Assembly: GCA_900542615.1 (NCBI GenBank)
Contig: UQOG01000003.1
Location: 1-63,470, forward strand
Source: an uncultured Eubacteriales bacterium
GTDB lineage: Bacteria; Bacillota; Clostridia; Christensenellales; CAG-138
Direction of reading: 5' to 3'
Length of the DNA: 63,470 bases
The translations under genes were made by a program, and so were the position numbers. This document shows, piece by piece, positions 9,151 to 18,586 of this stretch (within the stretch, counting starts at the first letter, position 1; every line of letters starts with the position of its first letter). The notes below the pieces were generated by a model. It was not told where the DNA came from. It saw only the letters and a list, made by a program, of their open reading frames with translations, and searched no databases.

Positions 9151-10019
9151 TGGGCCGCTTTTTTCTGTTCTGGCAGCTCATCCCAACCGACGGCCAGCTG
9201 CTCCGTGTCCAGCAGACGGTCGTAAGCCTGTTCCGCCAGCAGCCGCACGCCGCGGTCGATCTCTGCCTGGGTGACCAGATACAGCTTTCGCAAGCACCGG
9301 GGATTGCACTTCTCCGGCGCTACACGGGCCGCACCAGACAGACTCTGGATGTCCCCCGTCACCTGTGTCCGCCGCAGGGGCCGCCTGCTTCTGGTGACGA
9401 ACACCGGCCCTGCCGTCAGCCCCTGCCGGCGGCAATAGGATAGCAGCTCTGCCTGCAGACACCTTGGCAACTGGACACGCCGCTGCTCACCGCCGGAGAC
9501 AGCCGGTGTGCGTCCACTCTGCACGGCCTCCACAGTGATCTGAGGCAGTTCTCCGACGTGGGCTCCTGTCAGGGCAATTGCTTTCACCAAAAGATACGTT
9601 CTCTCCTTTTCCAGCGCCCGAGCAGCAGACAGCAGCCGCAGATATTCCGTTCGGGTCAGTTCCGACTGGGGTGCCGTTTCCGTCTCCAGCTGTCCGGTCA
9701 GCTGCAGATCCCGGCGGCCCAAGTAGTCCAGCAGGCCGTTAGCGGCGGAGATGTTTGTGTTCACTGTGGCCGGGGCATATCCCTCTGCCAGCAGAGCCTG
9801 CCGCCATGTCTCCAGAGTATTCAGGACGATTTGCTTGTCAGGCGGCAGATAGTCGTAGAATGTCTTCAGTTTTGCGGCGTAAAACCGCACGGTCTCTTCC
9901 CGGCGCCCTCGGTGATTCAGATCCTCCAAATAGGCCCGGATGCTCTCTTCACTTACCGTTACACCGATTGCTTTCAGCGGTGCTGCCGCCTTTTGACACA
10001 CCGCGCCTGTTCTCTGCAT
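9147..10019 (-). CDS. Degenerate tyrosine-recombinase-like protein (partner of XerC-like 10305..11150)
   Basis: Trimmed to ATG 10019 with a GGGGGAGGAG SD. It has an integrase N-terminal SAM-like domain (ETVRFYAAKLKTFYDYL ... GYAPATVNTNISAANGLLDYL). In the catalytic domain Arg I appears replaced (LTGAHVGEL) and the HxxR box reads NPRCLRKLY. Confidence 0.7.
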   Translation of the reverse strand: MQRTGAVCQKAAAPLKAIGVTVSEESIRAYLEDLNHRGRREETVRFYAAKLKTFYDYLPPDKQIVLNTLETWRQALLAEGYAPATVNTNISAANGLLDYLGRRDLQLTGQLETETAPQSELTRTEYLRLLSAARALEKERTYLLVKAIALTGAHVGELPQITVEAVQSGRTPAVSGGEQRRVQLPRCLQAELLSYCRRQGLTAGPVFVTRSRRPLRRTQVTGDIQSLSGAARVAPEKCNPRCLRKLYLVTQAEIDRGVRLLAEQAYDRLLDTEQLAVGWDELPEQKKAAQ

Positions 10020-10304
10020 TGCTCCTCCCCCTATCAACGAAATCAACATTTTGAATACGTCCGCGGGCAAAGTAAGACCTGGAGCGCATGATTTCAGGAG
10101 AGAATCCGCTTCTAAAACACGCTCCAGACCTCGTTGGGGCAGAGAAAAGAGGGCCGAGAAAAATCCTTTTTCCCGGCCTGATTTTGTGCGTCCCAATTGG
10201 GGGGAGTCCCTTGCGGTTCCTTTCAAACCGTGCTATAATAAAAGCAATTTATGTAAGAAAAAAGGGGCCGTTGAAATTTTTTGTGACAAAATGTTGATTT
10301 TGAC

Positions 10305-11150
10305 CTACGAAACCAGCCCCAGACGTTCCAGTTGCCGGGCGTGCTCCGCTCCGGAGGTCACAAGGTAGATACGAGTGGTTTCAATGGAACTGTGGCCCAG
10401 CACATCGGCCAGCCGCACGATGTCCTTGCAGGCCCGGTAGAAAATGGTGGCGAACAAGTGCCGCAGATTGTGAGGAAACACCTTGGCAGATTCCACTCCG
10501 GCGGACTTGCACAGCCGTTTCAGCTCTGTCCAAATCTGGCGGCGGCTCAGAGAGGTTCCGTTTCTGGTGAGAAAAATCTCGCCTGAAACGGTTTTGTGTT
10601 TTCTGGCGTATTTCAGCAGTTTGCGGCAAAGCTTGCCCGGCAGCAGAATGGTGCGAATTTTTCCCTTGAGGGAGATCTCGGTCCGACCCCGCTGGGCGGC
10701 CTCCACGGTGATATACCGCACCTCGGACACCCGGATACCGGTAGCGCAGATGGCCTCCATCAACAGGGCCAGCCGCTCCTGCCCACGCGCTCTTGCCGCG
10801 GCCAGCAACCGCTCGTACTCCTGGCGGGTCAGTTCACGGCCTGCGTCGCGGAACAGGCGGCGCTGGACTTTCAAAAATTTTGCCCGGCACTCGTCCCAGC
10901 CCAGAAAATGAAACAGTCCGTTAAGTGCAGCCAGCATAGAATTAATGGTCACCGGGGCGTAGTCTTTAGAGAGCAGGTGATCCCTCCATTCGGCAGCCAG
11001 TTCCCTGGAAACTGGTCTGCCGTCCAGCCAGCCGGCAAAGGCCCTGATATCCCGGAGATACTTTTCAATGGTGCCGGGGCTCCGCTCCTCCCTCCGCAGA
11101 TGTGCCGTATATGATGCGAGTTGTGCCGGGTCGATTGTCCGCTCAGGCAT
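10305..11150 (-). CDS. Tyrosine site-specific recombinase, XerC/XerD-like (281 aa), paralog of 2119..2964
   Basis: ATGIRVSEV, HNLRHLFAT and LGHSSIETTRIYL motifs. It is colinear with, and roughly two-thirds identical by eye to, the 2119..2964 product. Confidence 0.9.
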   Translation of the reverse strand: MPERTIDPAQLASYTAHLRREERSPGTIEKYLRDIRAFAGWLDGRPVSRELAAEWRDHLLSKDYAPVTINSMLAALNGLFHFLGWDECRAKFLKVQRRLFRDAGRELTRQEYERLLAAARARGQERLALLMEAICATGIRVSEVRYITVEAAQRGRTEISLKGKIRTILLPGKLCRKLLKYARKHKTVSGEIFLTRNGTSLSRRQIWTELKRLCKSAGVESAKVFPHNLRHLFATIFYRACKDIVRLADVLGHSSIETTRIYLVTSGAEHARQLERLGLVS

Positions 11151-12011
11151 TTCTATAACCTCCTACAAATATTTTTCTTTATTTTATCTTGCAGGAGGCA
11201 GCTTATGCAGTACTAAGAGCCCTCCAAAGTCCGTTCAAAGTCTGGTTTCATTTTTTGTTTTCTGTAGTATACGTGAACTTGTAACGGGCGGTCCGTTATG
11301 CGTTTTTTGCTGTGTGTTTTTTGAAGCAGATGGCCGGCCGATGAACGTAAAGATTTCAGATATTGCCGCTCCCCATAAAAGGCCCGGCTGATAGAGCAAT
11401 TGGGATTCTGGTTGCCTCTCTGATCCGGCAGCCAATCAACTTGTAAGGGGTTTGGATGGGACGGATTGCCCTGTGTGCCTGCCGCATTTCTGGTCAGAGT
11501 GTCAGTGCGACCGGAGGCTGCTTTGCTCTGCCCGTATAGGAAAATATGGCCTATACAGACTGCGGTTTGCTGTTTGAAGCCAGTATGGCATCCGCTATGA
11601 TGTCCGCCATAGTTTTAAGAATAGAAATTTTGTGGAGGAAGTGATCTGCGTCACCTGGGCAGAGCGGCAAGACGCCAAAACCGGTATTTAGCAGGATGTT
11701 CGCCCCTCCTTTCGTTGTGATCTTGTGCTTCCCATAGCCTGCCCCGGAATGATAAAAGCCGCCGTAGAGTGGACACGACCTCCGGGGGTGGGCGATTTCG
11801 GGGCTAAACACACTTGGAAAGCACGGTGTATCGGATGGAGAATCCTGCCTCAGCTTATCACCTGAAAGGCGTTGTACAGGTCCGCCTCCGCAACCGCAAA
11901 ACTGTCTGATTTGCGATCAATCAAGCTGGTTTTCCCGGCTTTTGGCATCAAAAAGCTCGGACCAGATCGGGAGGCACTTCCGCCTGTCCCGAACCCCAAA
12001 CTATACAGGAC

Positions 12012-12051
12012 AAAAAACGAGGCTCAGAAGCATTTTCTGCATCTGAGCCTC
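12012..12051 (-). terminator. Rho-independent terminator (minus strand)
   Basis: Stem GAGGCTCAGA (12019-12028) / TCTGAGCCTC (12042-12051). The A6 run at 12012-17 becomes a T-tract after the stem on the minus strand. Confidence 0.55.
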
Positions 12052-12151
12052 CTGCTGTTTTCGGTTTCAGAACCATTTGCCGGGACTTTTTCCATGGCTT
12101 TTTCCGCCTCTTTTGGGACCGATGGTGTGGCGTGGGACTAGGTGTCCAAGG

Positions 12152-12723
12152 TCAATCCCACACTGAAATATCAGAGTGGCGAATGCGCGGCGTAGGTCGT
12201 GGAACCTCGCTTTCAACAGCCGCCCGCTTCAGAACCCCGTGGAACATGTGCGGGACGCTGTACAGGGAGACCGGTCCGCCGGTGTGGGAGGGGAATACCC
12301 AAGGGCTGCTGCCGCTTTTCCCTTCGGCCTTTGAAAAACGCCCAAGCGGGCGGCAGATGGCCAAATAGACACGCCTCTGCAACGGCGGAACGATGGTCCA
12401 AAACCGGTCCCGGACCGCCTGGAGAGGAACTCTGCCCATCCCGCAAGGCGCATAGCGGCCGAAAGGCAGTCACGTGGGGCATTACCCGCGGGTGTTCTGC
12501 GGCTGTTTGGCGGAGTGCCCGCCAATTTCTGCCGGATCGGACGGATGGTGAACCGCGGGCTGCCGTCGCGTCGTCTGGCGGCCCTGGTCATCAGCTCAGC
12601 TATCTCCGTGGTGCGGAGACCGCGCTCCTCCGGCTGACGATGCGGAACACCAAGAAGTCCGATTCGTACAGCGCTTCGCAGCTGCCGGACGGTAGCACGG
12701 CAAGTACGATCACAGTTGTGCAT
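12152..12723 (-). pseudogene. Phage-type integrase remnant (frameshifted, truncated)
   Basis: Integrase-like strings are split over two frames: GLRTTEIAELM... in ORF 12229..12723, and SPWVFPSHTGGPVSLYSVPHMFHGVLKRAAVE...RIRHS in ORF 12152..12439. The fragment ends before the catalytic Tyr region. Confidence 0.5.
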
Positions 12724-13054
12724 TGAGGAACAGCGTCAGGTCATCGCGGCTTTTGCAACTGGTCCCTTTGACGTGGCTTCCCTCCTGTCGGCCTGTTTCT
12801 TCTCACAGATTCAGACGTTTGGGGCGGCGCCTGTGAACCGCCTCGTTTATACAGAATCAGGTGCCTTTGACGATTCCGAACAATAGAATCCAGAGACACA
12901 TGCAAAGTGAACGCGCCTTGATTTGATGTTCTCGCCAGGAAACGGTCCTCTGTAAAAGTTTACTCTTCCGGACGCTCTCTGCTTTCCGTTGAAAATACGC
13001 GGCCCTTCCATAAGAAATTGCCTTTGGGAATGCTGAATTGAAATCATCTCTGTT

Positions 13055-14809
13055 CTATGCCTCTGTTCCGTTCAGCTTCCACCGGGCGCTCTCACTCTGG
13101 AGCTCCACCATGCGGCGGTAGAGGCCGCCGCGCTCCATCAGCTCCGCCGGAGTTCCCTGCTCGGCTACATGGCCGTTTTCCAGCACCACGATGTGGTCCG
13201 CCCCGGCCACGGTACGCATCCGGTGGGCGATGACCAGCACCGTCTTGCCGGCCAGCAGGCGGGAGAGGGCTCCCTGCACCTTGGTCTCGTTCTCCACATC
13301 CAGGCTGGCGGTGGCCTCGTCCAGCAGGACGATGGGGGCGTTTTTCAAAAGCGCCCGGGCGATGGAGATGCGCTGCCGCTCCCCGCCGGAGAGCTTCGCC
13401 CCGTTCTCCCCGATGGGGGTGTCATAGCCCTGGGGCAGGCGGCGGATGAACTCCCCGCAGTTGGCGGCCTCCGCCGCGGCCCGCACCTCTTCGTCGGTGG
13501 CGCCCCGCTTGCCCAGGCGGATGTTCTCCATCACGGTATCGTCAAAGAGCACCACATCCTGGAACACCATGGAGTAGTCGGTCAGCAGCGCCTCCGGGTC
13601 CACGGTGGAGATGTCCACGCCGCCTACCCGGATGGTGCCCTCCGTAACATCCCACAGCCGGGCGGCCAGCCGGGCGCAGGTGCTCTTGCCGGAGCCGGAG
13701 GGTCCCACCAGAGCGGTCACTTCACCCTCCCGGGCGGTAAAGTTCACACCGTCCAATACCTTCTTCTTGTCGTAGGCGAAGCCCACATGGTCGAACACAA
13801 TGTCGTGGCCCTTGGGCTGGAAACGCTCCACTCCCTCGGCGGTGGGGGTGTTATAGATTTCGTTCATGCGGTCGGCAGACACCTGGGACACGAACAGCTC
13901 TGCAATGAGGGCCAGACTCTGGTCGAAGGGGGCGTACACACGGGTGATGACCAGCAGGAACAAAAACAGCAGCATGAAGTCGATCTGTCCGGAGACGATC
14001 AGGCTGGCCCCCGCCAGGATGGTGGTGGCGACCCCCAGGCGCATGATGACGCTGGCCGCATTGACAAAGATGCCGGTGCCCAGCTCGCCCTGGATGGTGA
14101 CCTTCTCATGGTCGTCGATCTTCTGGTTGAGCCCGGCCAGATAGCGCACCTCCTGGTTGGTGGCGCGGATCTCCCGGACGTTTTCCAACGCCTCCTGGAT
14201 GCCGTCGGAGACACGGATTGCGGCCTGTTTCGTCCGCTCCGAGGCCCGGGCGGAGATCTTCCGGGTGCCGAACAGCAGGCCGAAGGCCACCGGCACCCCC
14301 CACAGGCAGGCGATAGTCAGCCGCCAGTCATATACCAGCAGGCAAACCGCGATAATGGCCGTGGAGATGTAGGCGCCGTACAGGTATCCCAGCACATGGG
14401 ACCAGACGTGCTCCATGCGGTTCACATCGCCCATGAGGGTCTCGGTCAGGTCCGCCAGATCCCGCTTGCCGAAGTAGCCCAAGGGCAGCTTGCGCAGCCG
14501 CTCCGCCAGGCTGAGGCGGGTGGACTTCACCTCGTTGTAGACCAGGCCGTAAGTGGCGTGGTACTGCTGCAGGTGGGTCACAAAGGACAGAATGACGAAC
14601 GCGATTACCAGCCCAAGAAAGAGCGCCGGGCCGGGCAGCGGCGCTCCGTCCGTCAGGGTTCCCATCAGGCCGTACATCAACAGGTACAGGATGCCCATGC
14701 CGTCCATGACGACCAGATTGACAATGACCGTCCAGAAAGCGCCCTTTTTGGCGTTTTTCACGCCCTGGTCGGTGAGGGCGTATTTGCGCTGAAAGTTTTT
14801 GCCGAACAT
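13055..14809 (-). CDS. ABC exporter, fused permease/ATPase subunit (heterodimer partner B)
   Basis: Trimmed to ATG 14809 (MFGKNFQRKY). It has a six-TM exporter domain, Walker A GPSGSGKST, signature LSGGERQRISIARA and Walker B IVLLDEATASLD. Confidence 0.92.
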   Translation of the reverse strand: MFGKNFQRKYALTDQGVKNAKKGAFWTVIVNLVVMDGMGILYLLMYGLMGTLTDGAPLPGPALFLGLVIAFVILSFVTHLQQYHATYGLVYNEVKSTRLSLAERLRKLPLGYFGKRDLADLTETLMGDVNRMEHVWSHVLGYLYGAYISTAIIAVCLLVYDWRLTIACLWGVPVAFGLLFGTRKISARASERTKQAAIRVSDGIQEALENVREIRATNQEVRYLAGLNQKIDDHEKVTIQGELGTGIFVNAASVIMRLGVATTILAGASLIVSGQIDFMLLFLFLLVITRVYAPFDQSLALIAELFVSQVSADRMNEIYNTPTAEGVERFQPKGHDIVFDHVGFAYDKKKVLDGVNFTAREGEVTALVGPSGSGKSTCARLAARLWDVTEGTIRVGGVDISTVDPEALLTDYSMVFQDVVLFDDTVMENIRLGKRGATDEEVRAAAEAANCGEFIRRLPQGYDTPIGENGAKLSGGERQRISIARALLKNAPIVLLDEATASLDVENETKVQGALSRLLAGKTVLVIAHRMRTVAGADHIVVLENGHVAEQGTPAELMERGGLYRRMVELQSESARWKLNGTEA

Positions 14810-14825
14810 CTTCTTCACCCCTCTC

Positions 14826-16619
14826 TCACTGTTCGCTGGTGATCTTCCACTGGACCGCCTGGTTGTAATCCGCCCACATCCGGGCATAGAGGCCGCCGGC
14901 GGCAGTCAGCTCCTGATGGGAGCCCTGCTCCACGATGCGTCCCTCCTCCAGCACCAGGATCTTATCCGCGCCTACCACAGTAGACAGACGGTGGGCAATC
15001 ATGATCACGGTGCGGCCACGGGTCAACTCGGCAAACGCCTTTTGAATCAACGCCTCGTTCTCGGGGTCAGCAAAGGCGGTGGCTTCATCAAGGACAACGA
15101 TGGGCGCGTCCTTCAGAATGGCCCGGGCCAGGGCGATGCGCTGCTGCTCGCCGCCGGAGAGATACGTTCCCTCGGAGCCGATCCGGGTGTCCATGCCCTG
15201 GGGCAGTTTCTCCAGAATGTCTCCACACTGGGCGGCCATCAATGCCGAGAGCACCTGCGCCCGGGTGGCGTTGGGGCGGGCAGCCCGCACATTCTCCAAA
15301 ATGGAGGCTTTAAACAGGCGGCCATTCTGGAACACAAAGGCGATCTGATCCATGAGTACATGGGGATCGATCTGCCGCACATCCACGCCGCCCACCTTCA
15401 CTACGCCAGAGGTGGCGTCCCAGAAGCGAGGGATCAGGCTGGCAGCGGTGGTCTTGCCACCGCCGGAGGGCCCTACCAGGGCTACGGTCTGTCCCGGCTC
15501 CGCTGTGAAGGACACATGGGAGAGGGCGGAGGCCTGGGCCCCGTCGTATGTAAAGCTCACATCTTCAAATTCCACGCGGCTGCTTCCGGGGGATTGGGGG
15601 TGTTCCGGCACTTTCAGCTCAGGGGCGCACATGACCTGGTCAATACGCCCCAGCGCAGTACCGGCCAGCATCATACCGGATGCGGCAAACATGATCTTGG
15701 CAAGCGCCGTGGAAATGATGGCGGAGAACACTGCGTAAAAGGCAAAGTTTGTAATGAACTCCGCAAAGGCGCCGCCAGCCAGGGCCCCGGGCGCCAGGAA
15801 CAGGGCCGCAGGCGCCAGGAACACAAAAGCGCCCTCGGTAAAGGTCAGATTGACGGACTGCGGCACTCGGCACACATCTCCTTGATAGTGCTCCGCTTTG
15901 GCGCTGTATTCCTCAATGGCTTCCTGAAAGGCCTTGAAGGAATAAACGGTCTGCTGGAAAATCTTGACTACCGGAATTCCTCGCACATACTCGGTACCCG
16001 CCTTGGTCATGCGGTCCTGGGCCGCCTGATATTCCGCCATCAGCTTGGCGTTTTTGCCGCCCATCATAGAAAACATGGCGACAATGGAAATCACCGCCGA
16101 GAGCAGGCAGGCCGCGCCCATCCGCCAATCAAATACGAACATCAGCACCAGCATGGAAACGAACAGGGTGACGGTGCCTACAATGTCCGCCAGATTGTGG
16201 GCAAGCAGGGTCTCCGTATCGGCCGCCGCCGCATCCAGCCGTCCCCGGATGAGGCCGGAGGCGTTGGAGTCGAAGAAGCCCAGCGGGGCTTTCATCACAC
16301 GGGCAACGCCCTGCTTGCGGATGTTGGCCGCTGTGCGGAAGGCCGCCAGATGGGTACACATCAATCCTGCAAAGCACAGGACGATACCGGCCACCGCAAA
16401 GGCAAACGCCAGCCAGCCGTATTGGGCGACATCCTGCGCCCGGGTCCAGTCCGGCGCCACCGCGATCAGATCCCGGGCCACCAGCCAGATGCAGATGTAG
16501 GGTGCCATGCTCAACAGCATGGACACCGCCGACAGGGTCAGCCCCAGGAAGGTCAGCCCCTTGTGACTGCCTGCGTAGTCCAGCAGGACCGCAACATCAC
16601 TCTTTTTCTTCTGCTTCAT
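14826..16619 (-). CDS. ABC exporter, fused permease/ATPase subunit (heterodimer partner A)
   Basis: Trimmed to ATG 16619 (MKQKKKSDV) with an AGGGAGG SD. Walker A GPSGGGKTT, signature LSGGEQQRIALARA, Walker B IVVLDEATAFAD. Confidence 0.92.
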   Translation of the reverse strand: MKQKKKSDVAVLLDYAGSHKGLTFLGLTLSAVSMLLSMAPYICIWLVARDLIAVAPDWTRAQDVAQYGWLAFAFAVAGIVLCFAGLMCTHLAAFRTAANIRKQGVARVMKAPLGFFDSNASGLIRGRLDAAAADTETLLAHNLADIVGTVTLFVSMLVLMFVFDWRMGAACLLSAVISIVAMFSMMGGKNAKLMAEYQAAQDRMTKAGTEYVRGIPVVKIFQQTVYSFKAFQEAIEEYSAKAEHYQGDVCRVPQSVNLTFTEGAFVFLAPAALFLAPGALAGGAFAEFITNFAFYAVFSAIISTALAKIMFAASGMMLAGTALGRIDQVMCAPELKVPEHPQSPGSSRVEFEDVSFTYDGAQASALSHVSFTAEPGQTVALVGPSGGGKTTAASLIPRFWDATSGVVKVGGVDVRQIDPHVLMDQIAFVFQNGRLFKASILENVRAARPNATRAQVLSALMAAQCGDILEKLPQGMDTRIGSEGTYLSGGEQQRIALARAILKDAPIVVLDEATAFADPENEALIQKAFAELTRGRTVIMIAHRLSTVVGADKILVLEEGRIVEQGSHQELTAAGGLYARMWADYNQAVQWKITSEQ

Positions 16620-16678
16620 TAATAAAACCTCCCTTTGAAAGTTAGTATTAACTAACCTATGTTCAAAAAAGGTAGGGG

Positions 16679-17296
16679 TCATGCCCCCATCAATTTCAGC
16701 CATCCGCCAGTGTAGAACGTGCGGAACTGTTCTACGTCCCGCAGGGCCTGTTCTTTCGGCATATCATGGACCACGATCTCAAAAAGGCCATTGAACATTC
16801 CGCTGGCGATAATGTGGCAAAGAGACTGGCTCAGTTCCGGGACCTCCCGGCCCAAGCGACGGAGAACATCCATATAGCGGAGCGTGTACTCCACCTCCAC
16901 CTCTACCATGTTGTGGACAAAGTGCTCATAGCTGGTGCCCTCCGCCCGGCAGAGCAACAACTTGACCGGTTCCCGGTGCTGGCAGATATAGTCCACCATC
17001 CAATGGACACACTGACTGGACTCCAGCCCCATGTGCTCCGGCTGTTCCTGCTCTGGCAGCTCGGCAAAGGAAGTCTGCGCCTCCATGAACCGCCCCATCA
17101 AAGCGGCGGCGTGTGGCTCCACGAGGGAGGCAAAGAGCGCCTCCTTGCTGGAGAAATAGCCATAAAAAGCCCCGGTGGTTACACCGGCGTTCTTCACAAT
17201 TTGACGCAGGGAAGCGCTCTGAAAGCCCTTGTCCAGAAATTCTTGCATGGCAGCCTGCTGGATGCTCTCAAAAGTTGCGCTCATTTTTTCTTCCAT
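16679..17296 (-). CDS. TetR/AcrR-family transcriptional regulator
   Basis: Trimmed to ATG 17296 (MEEKMSATF). It has an N-terminal HTH, FQSASLRQIVKNAGVTTGAFYGYFSSKEALF, and is the first gene of the exporter operon. Confidence 0.9.
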   Translation of the reverse strand: MEEKMSATFESIQQAAMQEFLDKGFQSASLRQIVKNAGVTTGAFYGYFSSKEALFASLVEPHAAALMGRFMEAQTSFAELPEQEQPEHMGLESSQCVHWMVDYICQHREPVKLLLCRAEGTSYEHFVHNMVEVEVEYTLRYMDVLRRLGREVPELSQSLCHIIASGMFNGLFEIVVHDMPKEQALRDVEQFRTFYTGGWLKLMGA

Positions 17297-17313
17297 GGGC
17301 GTTCTCCATATAA

Positions 17314-17344
17314 CGCTGTAATATAACACCGTTATATTACAGCG
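17314..17344. promoter_or_regulatory. Candidate TetR operator: perfect 14-bp inverted repeat
   Basis: CGCTGTAATATAAC (17314-17327), a 3-nt spacer, then GTTATATTACAGCG (17331-17344). It lies 18 nt upstream of the tetR start codon. Confidence 0.55.
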
Positions 17345-17559
17345 CTTTGGTCATGCTGTCAAGATGGCCGTTGAAATTCTTTTTTCAAAATGCGGTTTTG
17401 CTATATTGGAAAGCCGGAACAGGGTCGGTTGTATGCTTTTCCACGCTTTTGAAAAGCCTCTGGGCTTGTTTGGATGTTACATGAATTCCAAAAGATACGA
17501 ATGGAGGTGGCGCAAATGGCGAGAACCAAGGCCATCACGGTTGTTTCAAAAAGGCAGTT

Positions 17560-17874
17560 TTGCCCGTTGCCATCGCCGGGCTGCTGTACTGCATTTTCAA
17601 ATCCGTCTGCGTAAAGGATGGAAAGCTGGAGCTTTTCTGGCTCTGGATACTCTGCGGCCTGCCTTTCGTCATCCAGCGGACGCGCCTTTGGATCGTACCG
17701 GGCGGCGGCTCCCTGGGCGGCGGCGCCGCCCTGTTCGTGCTGAACTTCGTCTTCGGCGGTCGCACGGGAAACTTCGTCCTGGTTTTGCGGCTGCTGGTGG
17801 CGGCCTGGCATGTGCCCCTTACCATCTACCGGATAATTGCAGAATACACAACATGCCGAAAACACAATATATAG
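17560..17874 (+). CDS. Hypothetical small membrane protein (start uncertain; possibly frameshifted)
   Basis: The 104-aa product is hydrophobic (TTG start in the track). A better ATG with a GGAGGTGG SD sits at 17516, but in another frame that closes after 32 codons, so either a frameshift or the weak TTG start applies. Confidence 0.3.
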   Translation: MPVAIAGLLYCIFKSVCVKDGKLELFWLWILCGLPFVIQRTRLWIVPGGGSLGGGAALFVLNFVFGGRTGNFVLVLRLLVAAWHVPLTIYRIIAEYTTCRKHNI

Positions 17875-18475
17875 TGGATTTGAGTTGATCGCTTTGTGAA
17901 TATGTGGTAATCTCGTGTTGTTATAACACATCTCCCGATACGCACAAAGAGGTGTAACTATCATTGCCAAAAGACTAGCTTTCTTAAGTGCTTGAAAGTG
18001 CAGGTTCAGATATAATTTGTACGCGGCAGGCACAAGACCCTTCGGTTGAAGAAATGACAGACAGCAGTATAAGAAATACTTTTAGAGCACGCATCAAAAG
18101 ATTATCATAACTATTTCCATGAAAAAGTTTTGATATTGCATATAGCCAAAAAATTGAAACCAATAAATTTATGGCTCCCCAAAACGAGATTTGAGGAAAC
18201 TGTTTTGTAATCTCAGCAAGTATGTATGTAATGGCATTAGAAGCAGCTGCGCAATATGCTGCTTTTGCAAGCGAAAACATCTCGGATGTTCTAGAAAAGA
18301 AAAAGCAATATACTTTTTTGGTGTTACAATATACACAAGGCTGCTGTTGTCAAGAGTTTTGGGAAATATTACATTCGATAAAACTTGGTTTTGCAGATTG
18401 TGCTTATGCCAGATGGCGTTCAATGTATGAATTATGCTGTAATGCATCGTCCCTTTGGGGCTAGACATAACAATA

Positions 18476-18517
18476 CCCCCTGATGTAGTACTTTTTTCCT
18501 ACACCAGGGGGCTTTTT
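18476..18517. terminator. Strong hairpin with T-tract (plus-strand terminator; may also stop the convergent minus-strand phosphatase transcript)
   Basis: CCCCCTGATGTAG (18476-18488) / CTACACCAGGGGG (18499-18511) pair at 12 of 13 positions, followed by CTTTTTG. Confidence 0.6.
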
Positions 18518-18586
18518 GTCTATCGCCCGTTTTTCCTGGGCGCGGTTCAAAGCTGCTCCCAGGCTTTTCCAGATAACAAATCGGCT

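Noticed and set aside
11151-12151. Small ORFs in the 11.15-12.15 kb gap (e.g. 11551..11811 minus, 11872..12141 plus)
   Set aside because: They have no SD, no recognisable motifs and mixed composition. The region looks like decayed or non-coding filler next to the integrase remnant.
13169-16622. Very long plus-strand ORFs (13169..14842, 557 aa; 14799..16622, 607 aa) opposite the ABC exporter genes
   Set aside because: They lie antisense to genes with unmistakable Walker and signature motifs. Their products are Gly/His/Gln/Arg/Pro-rich with no motifs. This is the typical shadow-ORF pattern in GC-rich DNA.
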